60,435 nucleotides of DNA from assembly GCA_044375095.1 (NCBI GenBank), contig JBILNH010000001.1, forward strand, positions 1 through 60,435. Reading direction: 5' to 3'. The notes under the pieces are model-generated. The model searched no databases and was not told where the DNA came from. It saw only the letters and a list, made by a program, of their open reading frames with translations. The position numbers and the translations under genes are program-made. The DNA comes from Crocinitomicaceae bacterium (GTDB lineage: Bacteria; Bacteroidota; Bacteroidia; Flavobacteriales_D; Crocinitomicaceae). This document shows positions 10,944 to 19,912 of the stretch, piece by piece. The number at the start of each line of letters is the position of its first letter. Position 1 is the first letter of the stretch.

Positions 10944-12058
10944 AAGCGTTCTGCTGCTTGTTCTAATGTATTGTCGTCTTTCGCAAAGCAAAATCGAACC
11001 AACTGTTGTTGTTTTTTATCTTCTCTAAATACTGAAACGGGTATCGCCGCCACACCGTGATTTGTTACGAGTTCTTTGCAAAAATCTACATCACTTTTTT
11101 CGGAAATAGCAGAATAATCCGCGAGCTGAAAGTACGTTCCTTGTGAAGGAAGCAACTTGAACTGACTTTGTTTAATAAACTCCCGAAAAGTGTCTCGTTT
11201 TTGTTGGTAGAATTTCCCCAATTCATTCACATTGACGAGTTTAATATATCTACTCAAGGCTTCTTGGGCGACACTATTTACACTGAAAACAAGAAACTGA
11301 TGGACTTTTTTGATTTCATTCATCAGGTGTTCAGGTGCAACGAGGTATCCGATTTTCCAACCGGTTATATGAAATGTCTTACCAAAGGAGGATACAATTA
11401 TTGTTCGTTCGCTTAGATTTGGTCGTGAATTAATGGAAATGTGTTTTTCTTCAAAGGTGATGAATTCATACACTTCATCTGACAAGAATGTTAACTTCGG
11501 ATGCTTATCGGCTAGCTTTTCGAGTCTGTCAATGTCTTCTTTTTTCCAAAGCGTTCCGGATGGATTGTGTGGATTATTGAAGATGAGTAAACGCGTTTTA
11601 CTGGTGATAGCCGCTTCAATGCGCTCCCAATTCGGCGAAAAATCAGCATTCAGCGGAATACGAACTGACTTGGCACCTGCGAGAATAATCGGCGGTTCAT
11701 AACAGTCATAACTGGGATCTAGAATAATTACTTCTTCTCCGCTGTTGACAAGTGCTTGAATGGTTGCAAAAATCGCTTCCGTTGCTCCAGCCGTGACAAG
11801 AATTTCTTGCGTTGGATGAACGGTACGCTGATACTGTTGCTGCACGAGTTGGCTAATTCCCTCCAATAAGGTGGTTGACCCTCCCATTGGAGCGTATTGA
11901 TGAATCGGATTGTTGGCAATTGATTGTAGAATATGGGTTAGGCGTTCATCAACCGGAAAATTTGGAAATCCTTGTGATAAATTAATGGCCTTGTGCGCAT
12001 TCGCTAATTGGGACATCACCGTAAAAATCGTCGTTCCGATATGAGGTAATTTCGACAT
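10931..12058 (-). CDS. Class I/II PLP-dependent aminotransferase (methionine/glutamine transaminase, YbdL-like)
   Basis: The sequence includes MSKLPHIGTTIFTVMSQLA...NLSQGFPNF...NNPHNPSG...SFGKTFHITGWKIGY (PLP lysine motif SxxK). The start is at Met16 of the track ORF. Confidence 0.85.
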   Translation of the reverse strand: MSKLPHIGTTIFTVMSQLANAHKAINLSQGFPNFPVDERLTHILQSIANNPIHQYAPMGGSTTLLEGISQLVQQQYQRTVHPTQEILVTAGATEAIFATIQALVNSGEEVIILDPSYDCYEPPIILAGAKSVRIPLNADFSPNWERIEAAITSKTRLLIFNNPHNPSGTLWKKEDIDRLEKLADKHPKLTFLSDEVYEFITFEEKHISINSRPNLSERTIIVSSFGKTFHITGWKIGYLVAPEHLMNEIKKVHQFLVFSVNSVAQEALSRYIKLVNVNELGKFYQQKRDTFREFIKQSQFKLLPSQGTYFQLADYSAISEKSDVDFCKELVTNHGVAAIPVSVFREDKKQQQLVRFCFAKDDNTLEQAAERLCKI

Positions 12059-12174
12059 GAAATGGGAGTTATACGTAAAATTAGCACATTTTAACAGGTA
12101 CAATTATACGGATAGCATACGAAATATGCTATAAATTGTGTATACTTGAACTCATCGTTTAAAATGATAAGGGT

Positions 12175-12432
12175 ATGAAAAATGGACGTTTTATCTTCAC
12201 AGCAGCTGTAGGTCTTTTACTGAGCGGTTCAGCAATGGCGCAAGATGTGAAGCAATCGAAAAAAGCAGAATTGAAACCATCCCAAACTGTGCAACCGGCA
12301 GTTGAGCAAAAGGCACCATCTGCGCAACCCGCAAAACCACTTCAGCGGCAACCTATGGGTAAGACTCAGGTAAATAAGGTAGCATTAAAACGTGCGGCGG
12401 CTAAAGAAAACCCCGAATTAGAGAATAACTAA
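12175..12432 (+). CDS. Small secreted low-complexity protein (hypothetical)
   Basis: It has a signal peptide ending AMAQ, followed by a P/Q/K/A-rich 60 aa. A terminator-like hairpin follows the gene. Confidence 0.5.
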   Translation: MKNGRFIFTAAVGLLLSGSAMAQDVKQSKKAELKPSQTVQPAVEQKAPSAQPAKPLQRQPMGKTQVNKVALKRAAAKENPELENN

Positions 12433-12456
12433 TCTTGTTATTTACCATAGCAAACC

Positions 12457-12484
12457 CCATTTTCATGGAGAATGGCGTTTTTTT
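12457..12484 (+). terminator. Rho-independent terminator
   Basis: CCAUUUUC-AUG-GAGAAUGG (8-bp stem, one G-U pair) followed by CGUUUUUUUG. Confidence 0.5.
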
Positions 12485-12497
12485 GTAGCTTTAACCT

Positions 12498-12752
12498 ATG
12501 AAAAACAGTATAATTATCTTTAGTGCAATCGTCTTGTCTGCGTGCACTTCCCGCGACGAGCAATTCTGTGAATGTCTTGAAATTGGAAACCAACTCAATG
12601 AAATTTCCGAGGGATTATTAACGGAAGGAACAACAGGCAAATCCGCACAAGAATTGAAGGAGCTGAAAGCGAAAAAAGTATCCGCTTGTCAAGACTATTT
12701 GACAATGGACGGTGTGGAATTGATTCAGAAAAAAGCAGCATGTCTGCCGTAA
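12498..12752 (+). CDS. Small lipoprotein (hypothetical)
   Basis: It has a signal peptide with a lipobox-like VLSAC|T. The protein is 84 aa with four Cys. Confidence 0.5.
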   Translation: MKNSIIIFSAIVLSACTSRDEQFCECLEIGNQLNEISEGLLTEGTTGKSAQELKELKAKKVSACQDYLTMDGVELIQKKAACLP

Positions 12753-14057
12753 CTATTTTTTGAAAATTTCATCCAGCACCGCACAGAAAATCCCTGCGCT
12801 GTGTTCCAAGATCTCTGGCGTATGCGCTTGAGACACAAATCCCACCTCATAACCACTCGGTCCGAGGTAAACCCCACGATTTAGCAATTCTCGGTGCATA
12901 TGTTTGAAACCGGTCATATCTGGATTGATTTCTTCCGATTGATGAATGCGTTTCTTCCCATTAAAAGATAACCAGAAAATAGACCCGATCGTAACAAGTT
13001 CAAAAGGATACTTATGGGCTTCGGCGTGAGCATTAATGGTTTGCACGAATGCCTTTGTTCTGCGCTCTTGTTCTTCGTAAAATCCAGGTTGTGCACATTC
13101 TGTAAGTTGGGCAATTCCAGCCGCCATAGCCACCGGATTTCCGGAAAGCGTTCCTGCTTGATAAACCGGACCATCAGGAGCCACACTTGCCATGATTGTT
13201 TTACTTGCGCCATAAGCGCCAACTGGCAGCCCTCCTCCGATTATTTTACCATAGGTGATGATATCAGGTGCAATCCCATAGTATTCCGCCGCGCCTGAAA
13301 ATGCCACTCGAAAACCAGAAATAACTTCGTCGAAGAAGAGCAGAATCCCTTGCTCTGTGCACAACTCGCGAAGGGTTAACAAAAAGGTTTTTTCTTGAAG
13401 TAAAAGACCATTATTTGCCGGAATTGGTTCGATAATCGCGCATGCTATCTCATCTTTATATGCAGCAATACATTCCCGAAGTGCTTTTTCATCGTTGAGT
13501 GGAAGTACCAATGTATCCGAAGCCAGTGATTCAGTTACTCCAGCACTTGAAGAAGTTCCCAATGTCGCTAATCCGCTACCGGCTTTTACCAATAGTGCAT
13601 CGACGTGACCGTGGTAACACCCTTCGAACTTGATGATTTTATCTCTGCCCGTAAAGCCGCGTGCTAATCGAATAGCCGACATAACTGCTTCAGTTCCGGA
13701 ACTTACAAACCGCAATTTCTCAATGAAAGGATTGCGACTTAAAATAAGTTCAGCCAGTTCGTTTTCTAATCTTGTGGGTGCTCCAAATGACGATCCATTT
13801 TGCAATGTTGAAACGATTTTCTCATACACTTTTGGATGGTTGTGCCCCAAAATGAGCGGTCCCCAGCTGCAACAGAAATCAATGAATTCATTGTCATCTT
13901 CATCCCAAATGCGGCAACCATCTCCTCGTTTAATGAACAATGGAGATCCTTCTACCGATTTAAACGCACGAACAGGTGAGTTTACTCCACCAGGGAAATA
14001 GGTTTTCGCTTTGTCAAATAACTGTTCTGAATTTGTACGTTTGATTGCTGTCGCCAT
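12753..14057 (-). CDS. hemL: Glutamate-1-semialdehyde 2,1-aminomutase
   Basis: The sequence includes MATAIKRTNSEQLFDKAKTYFPGGVNSPVRAF...FDEVISGFR...YGKIIGGGLPVGAYG (class III aminotransferase, HemL signature). The start is at Met13 of the track ORF. Confidence 0.92.
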   Translation of the reverse strand: MATAIKRTNSEQLFDKAKTYFPGGVNSPVRAFKSVEGSPLFIKRGDGCRIWDEDDNEFIDFCCSWGPLILGHNHPKVYEKIVSTLQNGSSFGAPTRLENELAELILSRNPFIEKLRFVSSGTEAVMSAIRLARGFTGRDKIIKFEGCYHGHVDALLVKAGSGLATLGTSSSAGVTESLASDTLVLPLNDEKALRECIAAYKDEIACAIIEPIPANNGLLLQEKTFLLTLRELCTEQGILLFFDEVISGFRVAFSGAAEYYGIAPDIITYGKIIGGGLPVGAYGASKTIMASVAPDGPVYQAGTLSGNPVAMAAGIAQLTECAQPGFYEEQERRTKAFVQTINAHAEAHKYPFELVTIGSIFWLSFNGKKRIHQSEEINPDMTGFKHMHRELLNRGVYLGPSGYEVGFVSQAHTPEILEHSAGIFCAVLDEIFKK

Positions 14058-14243
14058 GTGTCTTTCTTTGGTACAAAAATAACTAGAATTCAACAGCTTA
14101 TTTTCAATACTTATATCGGAATTTACTCAAAGTGTTAAATTTCGCAAAATGAGTAAACCAAGTGCAATTGCACCTGTAGAAAATAGTGGTTGAATAGACC
14201 CGTTTTCTATGGAAAACGATAAAATGAGCAGGGCCACGAGCAG

Positions 14244-14295
14244 AAAAAATAAAAAAAACCGGAAGCGCTTTCGTTGGCTTGAAGCGCTTTCCGGT
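14244..14295 (-). terminator. Strong rho-independent terminator of icd
   Basis: On the minus strand: ACCGGAAAGCGCUU...AAGCGCUUCCGGU (13-bp stem, one bulge) followed by UUUUUUUUAUUUUUU. It lies 30 nt after the icd stop. Confidence 0.8.
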
Positions 14296-14324
14296 TTCTT
14301 TGTAAATGGAGACATACTGAGCGG

Positions 14325-15761
14325 TTATTGGCCTTGGCCAAGTGAGAATTTCGGAACGCCATCAAAGGCATACAGATTTTCGGTTTTGATGGTGTCAATT
14401 CCCTGACTCAAGGCTTGTTGTAAAAGGTCGATTAGCGCTGTTTGGTTTAGCGTATTGTCAGAAGTTGGTTTAAAACGGCAGCGCCAGTGATCTGTGCAAA
14501 ACGTTTCTTTGAATCCGTCCGGCCAAACTTTAATACCACGGTTCGTGATCATAGAAAGTTCAACGCCGTCCGGTGCGATTGGTTGAATTTTTGCAGCTAA
14601 TTCATTTGGATCGGTTCCTGACCAATGCACAAATATGTCGACACCAACTAATTCTTTTTTAGCGGATGGCTTACGCACATATTTCGGCAATTTTAACGCA
14701 GAATTGGTTCCTTCAATAACTGGCGTAAGTACAGCAGGTTTGCTCCCGAGGTTTTCAATTACAGCATCAGCAAATTCTTTCGTTCCAACGCGTTGCTTAC
14801 TTACGCCTTCTTGAAAAATGTCAGCCGTGTGAATTCCTTTTTCTAGCGTAACTAACCACGCATTTTGAATTTTTTGAGCGACCTCAGACTGACCGATATG
14901 GTGCAACATCATGACGGCTCCTTGAAGAAGGCCGGAAGGATTAGCTATGTTTTTGCCACCGATGTCTGGTGCTGTACCATGAATGGCTTCGAACATCGCG
15001 CACTCTTCACCAATATTGGAAGATCCAGCCAGACCAACAGAGCCAGTTATTTCTGCTGCAATATCCGAGATAATGTCACCGTATAAATTGGGCATAACTA
15101 TTACATCAAAAGATTCAGGTGACTCTGCTACTTTTGCTGCTCCTATATCTACGATCCAATGCTCTTTCGTGATTTCAGGGTATTCTTTCCCGATTTCATC
15201 AAACACCTGATGGAAAAGACCATCTGTTTGTTTCATGATGTTATCTTTTGTGAAACAAGTGACTTTGTTTCGTTTTTGTTGGCGGGCAAATTCAAACGCA
15301 TAACGCACAATTTTTTCGCAACCTGGTCGGCTAATCAATTTGAGGCACTGAACGACTTCATCGGTTTGCTGATGTTCGATTCCTGCGTAGAGATCCTCCT
15401 CGTTTTCACGAACGATTACCAAGTCCATTTTTGGGTGCTTGGTACTCACAAACGGATGCAAACTGCGACACGGACGGATATTGGCATACAACCCTAAAAA
15501 TTTGCGTGTAGTTACATTCAAACTTTTATATCCACCACCTTGAGGAGTGGTAATGGGTGATTTCAGAAATACCTTTGTCTTTCGAATAGAATCCCATGCT
15601 TCGGCAGCAATTCCAGAAGTGTTTCCAGACAAGTATACCTTTTCACCGATTTGTATTTCTTCTGTTTCAATTTGAGCTCCTGCAGCATGCAAAATTCGGA
15701 GTGTGGCATCCATAATTTCTGGACCTATTCCATCTCCTTTGGCAATAGTAATCGTTTTCAT
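14325..15761 (-). CDS. icd: Isocitrate dehydrogenase (NAD(P)+), IPMDH-like type with a ~135-aa C-terminal extension
   Basis: The sequence includes MKTITIAKGDGIGPEIMDA...NLYGDIISDIAAEITGSVGLAGSSNIG (isocitrate/isopropylmalate dehydrogenase signature). The start is at Met14 of the track ORF. Confidence 0.88.
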   Translation of the reverse strand: MKTITIAKGDGIGPEIMDATLRILHAAGAQIETEEIQIGEKVYLSGNTSGIAAEAWDSIRKTKVFLKSPITTPQGGGYKSLNVTTRKFLGLYANIRPCRSLHPFVSTKHPKMDLVIVRENEEDLYAGIEHQQTDEVVQCLKLISRPGCEKIVRYAFEFARQQKRNKVTCFTKDNIMKQTDGLFHQVFDEIGKEYPEITKEHWIVDIGAAKVAESPESFDVIVMPNLYGDIISDIAAEITGSVGLAGSSNIGEECAMFEAIHGTAPDIGGKNIANPSGLLQGAVMMLHHIGQSEVAQKIQNAWLVTLEKGIHTADIFQEGVSKQRVGTKEFADAVIENLGSKPAVLTPVIEGTNSALKLPKYVRKPSAKKELVGVDIFVHWSGTDPNELAAKIQPIAPDGVELSMITNRGIKVWPDGFKETFCTDHWRCRFKPTSDNTLNQTALIDLLQQALSQGIDTIKTENLYAFDGVPKFSLGQGQ

Positions 15762-15959
15762 TTTAGATTTTTTTTCAAAAATGAGAACTTTAACACACAT
15801 ATTTTTATTAATATAAATTATGTATTACATAGTAAAAACTTATGATTATTTCTTGTGATATTTCCAATTCTCAAAAAATCAGTCTCTTTTTTAGTTTGTT
15901 TACCATTTCATTGTGAATAAGCATGTCTTCTAACTGTATTCAACTCCGTCAGGAATATG

Positions 15960-15967
15960 TAAATTTG
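15960..15967 (+). promoter_or_regulatory. Candidate -7 promoter box (TAAATTTG) for kynU
   Basis: It matches TAnnTTTG, 30 nt upstream of the kynU ATG, in the 236-bp divergent icd/kynU intergenic region. Confidence 0.3.
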
Positions 15968-15997
15968 AAACACTATTGAAGAGTTGATTTATCGCTT

Positions 15998-17275
15998 ATG
16001 ACATTTCAAAATACACTTGAATTTGCGCATCAATTGGATGCAAAAGATCCCCTTCGTTTATTTAGAGAACGGTTCTATTTTCCGACTTTTCTTGACAAAG
16101 AAGTTCGCTATTTTACAGGAAATTCCTTGGGTTTGCAACCGAAATCTGTCCGTTCTTACATTGAACAGGAATTAAATGATTGGGCTAAATATGGTGTTGA
16201 AGGACATTTTTTAGCGGAACGTCCTTGGTTTTCTTACCACGAACAGTTAACGGAAAAAGCGGCAAATGTCGTTGGTGCGCTTCCGATTGAGGTGGTCATT
16301 ACCCATTCATTAACCACCAATCTACATTTATTGATGGTTTCGTTTTATCAACCGAAAGGAAAACGAACCAAAATTTTGTGTGAGGCAAAGGCCTTTCCGA
16401 GTGATCAGTATGCCCTTGAGTCACAAGTTCATTTTCACGGGTTGGATGTTTCAGAACACCTTGTTGAGGTTGGACCGCGACCAGGGGAGCAACTCATCCA
16501 TGAAGAAGATATTATTGCCAAAATCAATGAGCTTGGGGATGAATTGGCGCTGGTGATGATTGGCGGTGTCAATTACTACACCGGACAATTGTTCGACATG
16601 GAAGCGATTACTAAAGCAGGACATGCTGTAGGGGCAATTGTAGGTTTTGATTTGGCGCATGCTGCCGGAAACATCAATTTACAATTACACGATTGGGGGC
16701 TTGATTTTGCAGCTTGGTGTGGGTATAAGTACCTTAATTCCTCACCGGGAGGTGTAAGTGGAATGTTTGTCCATGAGCGTCATGCCAATCGACCAGAGTT
16801 ACCACGATTTGCGGGATGGTGGGGTTACGATAAATCGAAAAGGTTTCAAATGGAACCAGGATTTAAACCGATGGCCGGAGCGGAGGGATGGCAGTTGAGT
16901 AATGCTCCTATTCTTGGAATGGCGGCTCATCTGGCGTCCTTGGAAATTTTTGAAGAGGCAGGGATGGATCGTATTGGAGCAAAACGAGATCAATTGACTG
17001 CATTTTTAGAATTTGTAATTGATGATATCTCTGCTAAAAATAGCGATCGAGTGACGTTTGAACTCATTACACCTAGGGATAAAACAAAGCGCGGTGCTCA
17101 ATTGTCTATCATGGCAAAAGGTCAAGGGAAAAAATTGTTTGATGCGTTGTCCGCTGAAGGCGTTGTTGCCGATTGGCGAGAACCGAATGTTATTCGGATT
17201 GCACCAGCACCCTTATACAATTCGTTCGAGGATTGTTATTGGTTTGGGCAATTGTTGCAGCGAGCGATTCAGTAA
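15998..17275 (+). CDS. kynU: Kynureninase
   Basis: It has a full-length kynureninase-like sequence (FYFPTF...YFTGNSLGLQP...WCGYKYLNSSPGGVSG, PLP lysine in CGYKYLN). Confidence 0.9.
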   Translation: MTFQNTLEFAHQLDAKDPLRLFRERFYFPTFLDKEVRYFTGNSLGLQPKSVRSYIEQELNDWAKYGVEGHFLAERPWFSYHEQLTEKAANVVGALPIEVVITHSLTTNLHLLMVSFYQPKGKRTKILCEAKAFPSDQYALESQVHFHGLDVSEHLVEVGPRPGEQLIHEEDIIAKINELGDELALVMIGGVNYYTGQLFDMEAITKAGHAVGAIVGFDLAHAAGNINLQLHDWGLDFAAWCGYKYLNSSPGGVSGMFVHERHANRPELPRFAGWWGYDKSKRFQMEPGFKPMAGAEGWQLSNAPILGMAAHLASLEIFEEAGMDRIGAKRDQLTAFLEFVIDDISAKNSDRVTFELITPRDKTKRGAQLSIMAKGQGKKLFDALSAEGVVADWREPNVIRIAPAPLYNSFEDCYWFGQLLQRAIQ

Positions 17276-17302
17276 TTCAACTGACGAAGAAGAAAGGAAA
17301 CT

Positions 17303-18652
17303 ATGGAAGCGAAAAAAGAAGTGATTATTATTGGAGCCGGTTTAGTTGGTTCATTGTGGGCGGTTTACCTGTCGAAAGCCGGATATAGCGTGACGATTTA
17401 TGAGCGCCGATCAGATATACGAAAAGCGGAAATATCTGCTGGGAAATCAATAAATCTTGCACTATCAAATCGCGGTTGGAAAGCACTTGACGCAGTTGGA
17501 GTAGGGGATGAGGTGAGAAAAATTGCGATTCCGATGTACGGACGGATGATGCACGATTTGAAAGGAAATTTGACCTACCAACAATACGGTAAAGACGGTG
17601 AAGCCATCTTCTCTGTATCTCGAGGAAAGGTCAATGCCACAATGATGGATATTGCGGAGAAATATGGAAATGCTACGATTCATTACAACCACGAGTGCAA
17701 ACGCGTTGACCTGAAGAATGGCATTGTGTATTTGAAGAACACGATTACCGGTGAGGAATTTGAACACCAAGCAGCATTGGTTTTTGCAGCAGATGGTGCG
17801 TTCTCTGCAGTGCGTTACAATTCCATGCAAAAACTCGATCGTTTCCAATACAGCCAAAATTACATAGCTGATGGTTACCGTGAAATCTTACTTCCTGCAA
17901 ATCCAGACGGTAGTTACAGAATGGATAAAGATGCCTTGCACATTTGGCCAAGAGGACGGTTTATGATGATTGCGCTTGCCAACGAAGATGGCTCGTTCAC
18001 TTGTACGCTATTTATGCCACATTCTGGAGGAGAACATGCATTTGACAGACTTACTTCGAAAGAAGCAATTGACAATTTCTTCAAGGAGGTTTTCCCTGAT
18101 TTTTACGACATGATGCCGAACATTGCCGATGCATGGGAAGATCACCCACTTTCTTCTTTGGCGATCATCAGAAGTTACCCATGGACCCATGGAAAAACAG
18201 CATTGATGGGTGACGCTGCTCATGCTACCGTTCCTTTTTACGGTCAAGGGATGAATGCCGGATTTGAGGATTGTACAGTGTTGTGGGACCTCATGCAAAA
18301 GCACAACCACGATTGGACAGCGATTTTTGACGAGTACAGCCGTGAGCGAAAACCGGATGGCGATGCCTTACAAGATCTTTCATTGGATAACTATTACGTC
18401 ATGCGTGACTATGTGGCTGATCCAGCGTTTTTACTGCGTAAGAAAATCGAAGCCAAATTCAGTGAATTGTACCCTGAAAAATGGATGCCGTTATACTCAC
18501 AAGTTACCTTCAGTGAAATTCGGTACAGCATAGCGTACAAACAAGGTCAAGTTCAGAATGGCATTATGGATCAAGTAATGGAAATACCTAACCTTGAAGA
18601 AAAATGGGATTCTTCTGAAGTAATGGATAAAATACTGAGTTTATGTTCGTAA
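17303..18652 (+). CDS. kmo: Kynurenine 3-monooxygenase (FAD-dependent)
   Basis: It has the N-terminal GAGLVGS Rossmann motif and LMGDAAHATVPFYGQGMNAGFEDC (FAD-binding GD motif). It is adjacent to kynU. Confidence 0.9.
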   Translation: MEAKKEVIIIGAGLVGSLWAVYLSKAGYSVTIYERRSDIRKAEISAGKSINLALSNRGWKALDAVGVGDEVRKIAIPMYGRMMHDLKGNLTYQQYGKDGEAIFSVSRGKVNATMMDIAEKYGNATIHYNHECKRVDLKNGIVYLKNTITGEEFEHQAALVFAADGAFSAVRYNSMQKLDRFQYSQNYIADGYREILLPANPDGSYRMDKDALHIWPRGRFMMIALANEDGSFTCTLFMPHSGGEHAFDRLTSKEAIDNFFKEVFPDFYDMMPNIADAWEDHPLSSLAIIRSYPWTHGKTALMGDAAHATVPFYGQGMNAGFEDCTVLWDLMQKHNHDWTAIFDEYSRERKPDGDALQDLSLDNYYVMRDYVADPAFLLRKKIEAKFSELYPEKWMPLYSQVTFSEIRYSIAYKQGQVQNGIMDQVMEIPNLEEKWDSSEVMDKILSLCS

Positions 18653-19554
18653 CTAATGCCTTTTCAAAATTCCTTTTGTTCGCCGTTTTTGTTGGATTGA
18701 CAGCGTCGTTAGTCGCTCAACGAAACCTTGTCCCAGGAAAACGACGAAGCGAAGTTTTCGGAAAAACAGATTACAAGGATTACCGTTTTTACGGCTTGCA
18801 ACTTTCCGGCGGACCGACATTCATGGCCACGCGATCGAATGCCAATAACCCCACGTATTCTGGAACCATTAATGGTCGACCAATTGACTACACGTTTGAT
18901 CCTGCCGGATTACCCGGATTTTTTTTGGAAGCGGGAATGGCACATTTTCCAAAGAAACGGTCTAATTTATCCAAAGCGTTAAAGACCATACTTATTTCTT
19001 ATTACGATTGGGGAGTTGGATTTAAATTGCTCGGTGGTCGGGAGTCTACTGTCGTAAACACCTATTCCAATTCGAATGCATTATTGAGTTCGTATTCCGG
19101 TTCGGGAGATTTTTATAATGGTTACATATACGGTCGATTCGCAGTACACAAGAATATCAATTTGAATAAACGGTATTTTATTGACAATGGATTGGGCATC
19201 AACTTAGATTACCGCGTACTTGAACAAGGGTCACCGACCTATCCCGTTGACGGAGTATTTAATTTCAATCAACAGAAACACCCAAATTTTGTCGCACAGC
19301 TCAATTATACCTTGGGATTTGGGTTCCGTTTGAGTCGCAGAAGTTTTGTCATTCCAGGGGTTCAACTACCGATTTTTGGCATTTACGATTGGCGACGCGG
19401 TGGAGCTGCGTTGAAATGGTACAATTCAAACTATTTACCAGTGCTTGTGCATGTGAAGTGGATTTATTTGTTTGAGAAAAAAGTGAAAGGTTGCAATACG
19501 CCGGGAACTGAAGAAGACAAAAAACGTAACAGGGAATACCTCCAGAATAACTAG
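18643..19554 (+). CDS. Hypothetical outer-membrane (beta-barrel-like) protein
   Basis: The signal peptide is FLLFAVFVGLTASLVAQ. The protein has alternating aromatic/Gly-rich segments, and its start overlaps the kmo 3' end by 10 nt. Confidence 0.55.
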   Translation: MFVTNAFSKFLLFAVFVGLTASLVAQRNLVPGKRRSEVFGKTDYKDYRFYGLQLSGGPTFMATRSNANNPTYSGTINGRPIDYTFDPAGLPGFFLEAGMAHFPKKRSNLSKALKTILISYYDWGVGFKLLGGRESTVVNTYSNSNALLSSYSGSGDFYNGYIYGRFAVHKNINLNKRYFIDNGLGINLDYRVLEQGSPTYPVDGVFNFNQQKHPNFVAQLNYTLGFGFRLSRRSFVIPGVQLPIFGIYDWRRGGAALKWYNSNYLPVLVHVKWIYLFEKKVKGCNTPGTEEDKKRNREYLQNN

Positions 19555-19558
19555 AGCC

Positions 19559-19912
19559 ATGAAGAAAATCTACCACTTGAGTTCCTGCTCAACTTGTCAG
19601 CGGATCATTAAGGAAATCAATCCGGATAATTCAGTTGATTTACAAGACATCAAAGTCCAAAACATTGATGCATCGATGTTAGATTGGATAAAAGATAAAG
19701 TGGGTTCGTATGAAGCGCTTTTTTCAAAACGTGCGATGAAATTTCGGGCAATGGGATTGCATGAGCAACAGTTGACAGATGACGATTACCGTCGTTTGAT
19801 GCTGGAAGAATATACTTTTTTGAAGCGACCATTCATCATTTTAGGTGATCAGGTGTTCATTGGCAATGCTAAAAAAGACGTTGAAGCAGCTGTCAAGGCC
19901 TTTCATTCCTGA
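19559..19912 (+). CDS. ArsC/Spx/YffB-family redox protein
   Basis: The 117-aa protein starts MKKIYHLSSCSTCQRI (N-terminal CxxC-like motif) and contains FLKRPFII. This is typical of the ArsC-family thioredoxin fold. Confidence 0.75.
   Translation: MKKIYHLSSCSTCQRIIKEINPDNSVDLQDIKVQNIDASMLDWIKDKVGSYEALFSKRAMKFRAMGLHEQQLTDDDYRRLMLEEYTFLKRPFIILGDQVFIGNAKKDVEAAVKAFHS

Noticed and set aside
14127-14315. A 62-aa minus-strand ORF (MSPFTKKPESASSQRKRFRFFLFFLL...) that looks like a small membrane protein.
   Set aside because: Its 5' third is the icd terminator hairpin plus U-tract (14244-14295). The F/L-rich 'TM' stretch is simply the translated T-run, so it is most likely not a gene.
260-18533. Numerous 60-130-aa ORFs antisense to or overlapping housekeeping genes, e.g. 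260-628, 2836-3168, 3434-3784, 3836-4159, 9025-9336, 13630-14001, 15159-15497, 17465-17857 and 18008-18310.
   Set aside because: Each lies wholly inside a longer ORF with clear family signatures on the other strand or in another frame. Their sequences are low-complexity with no motifs.
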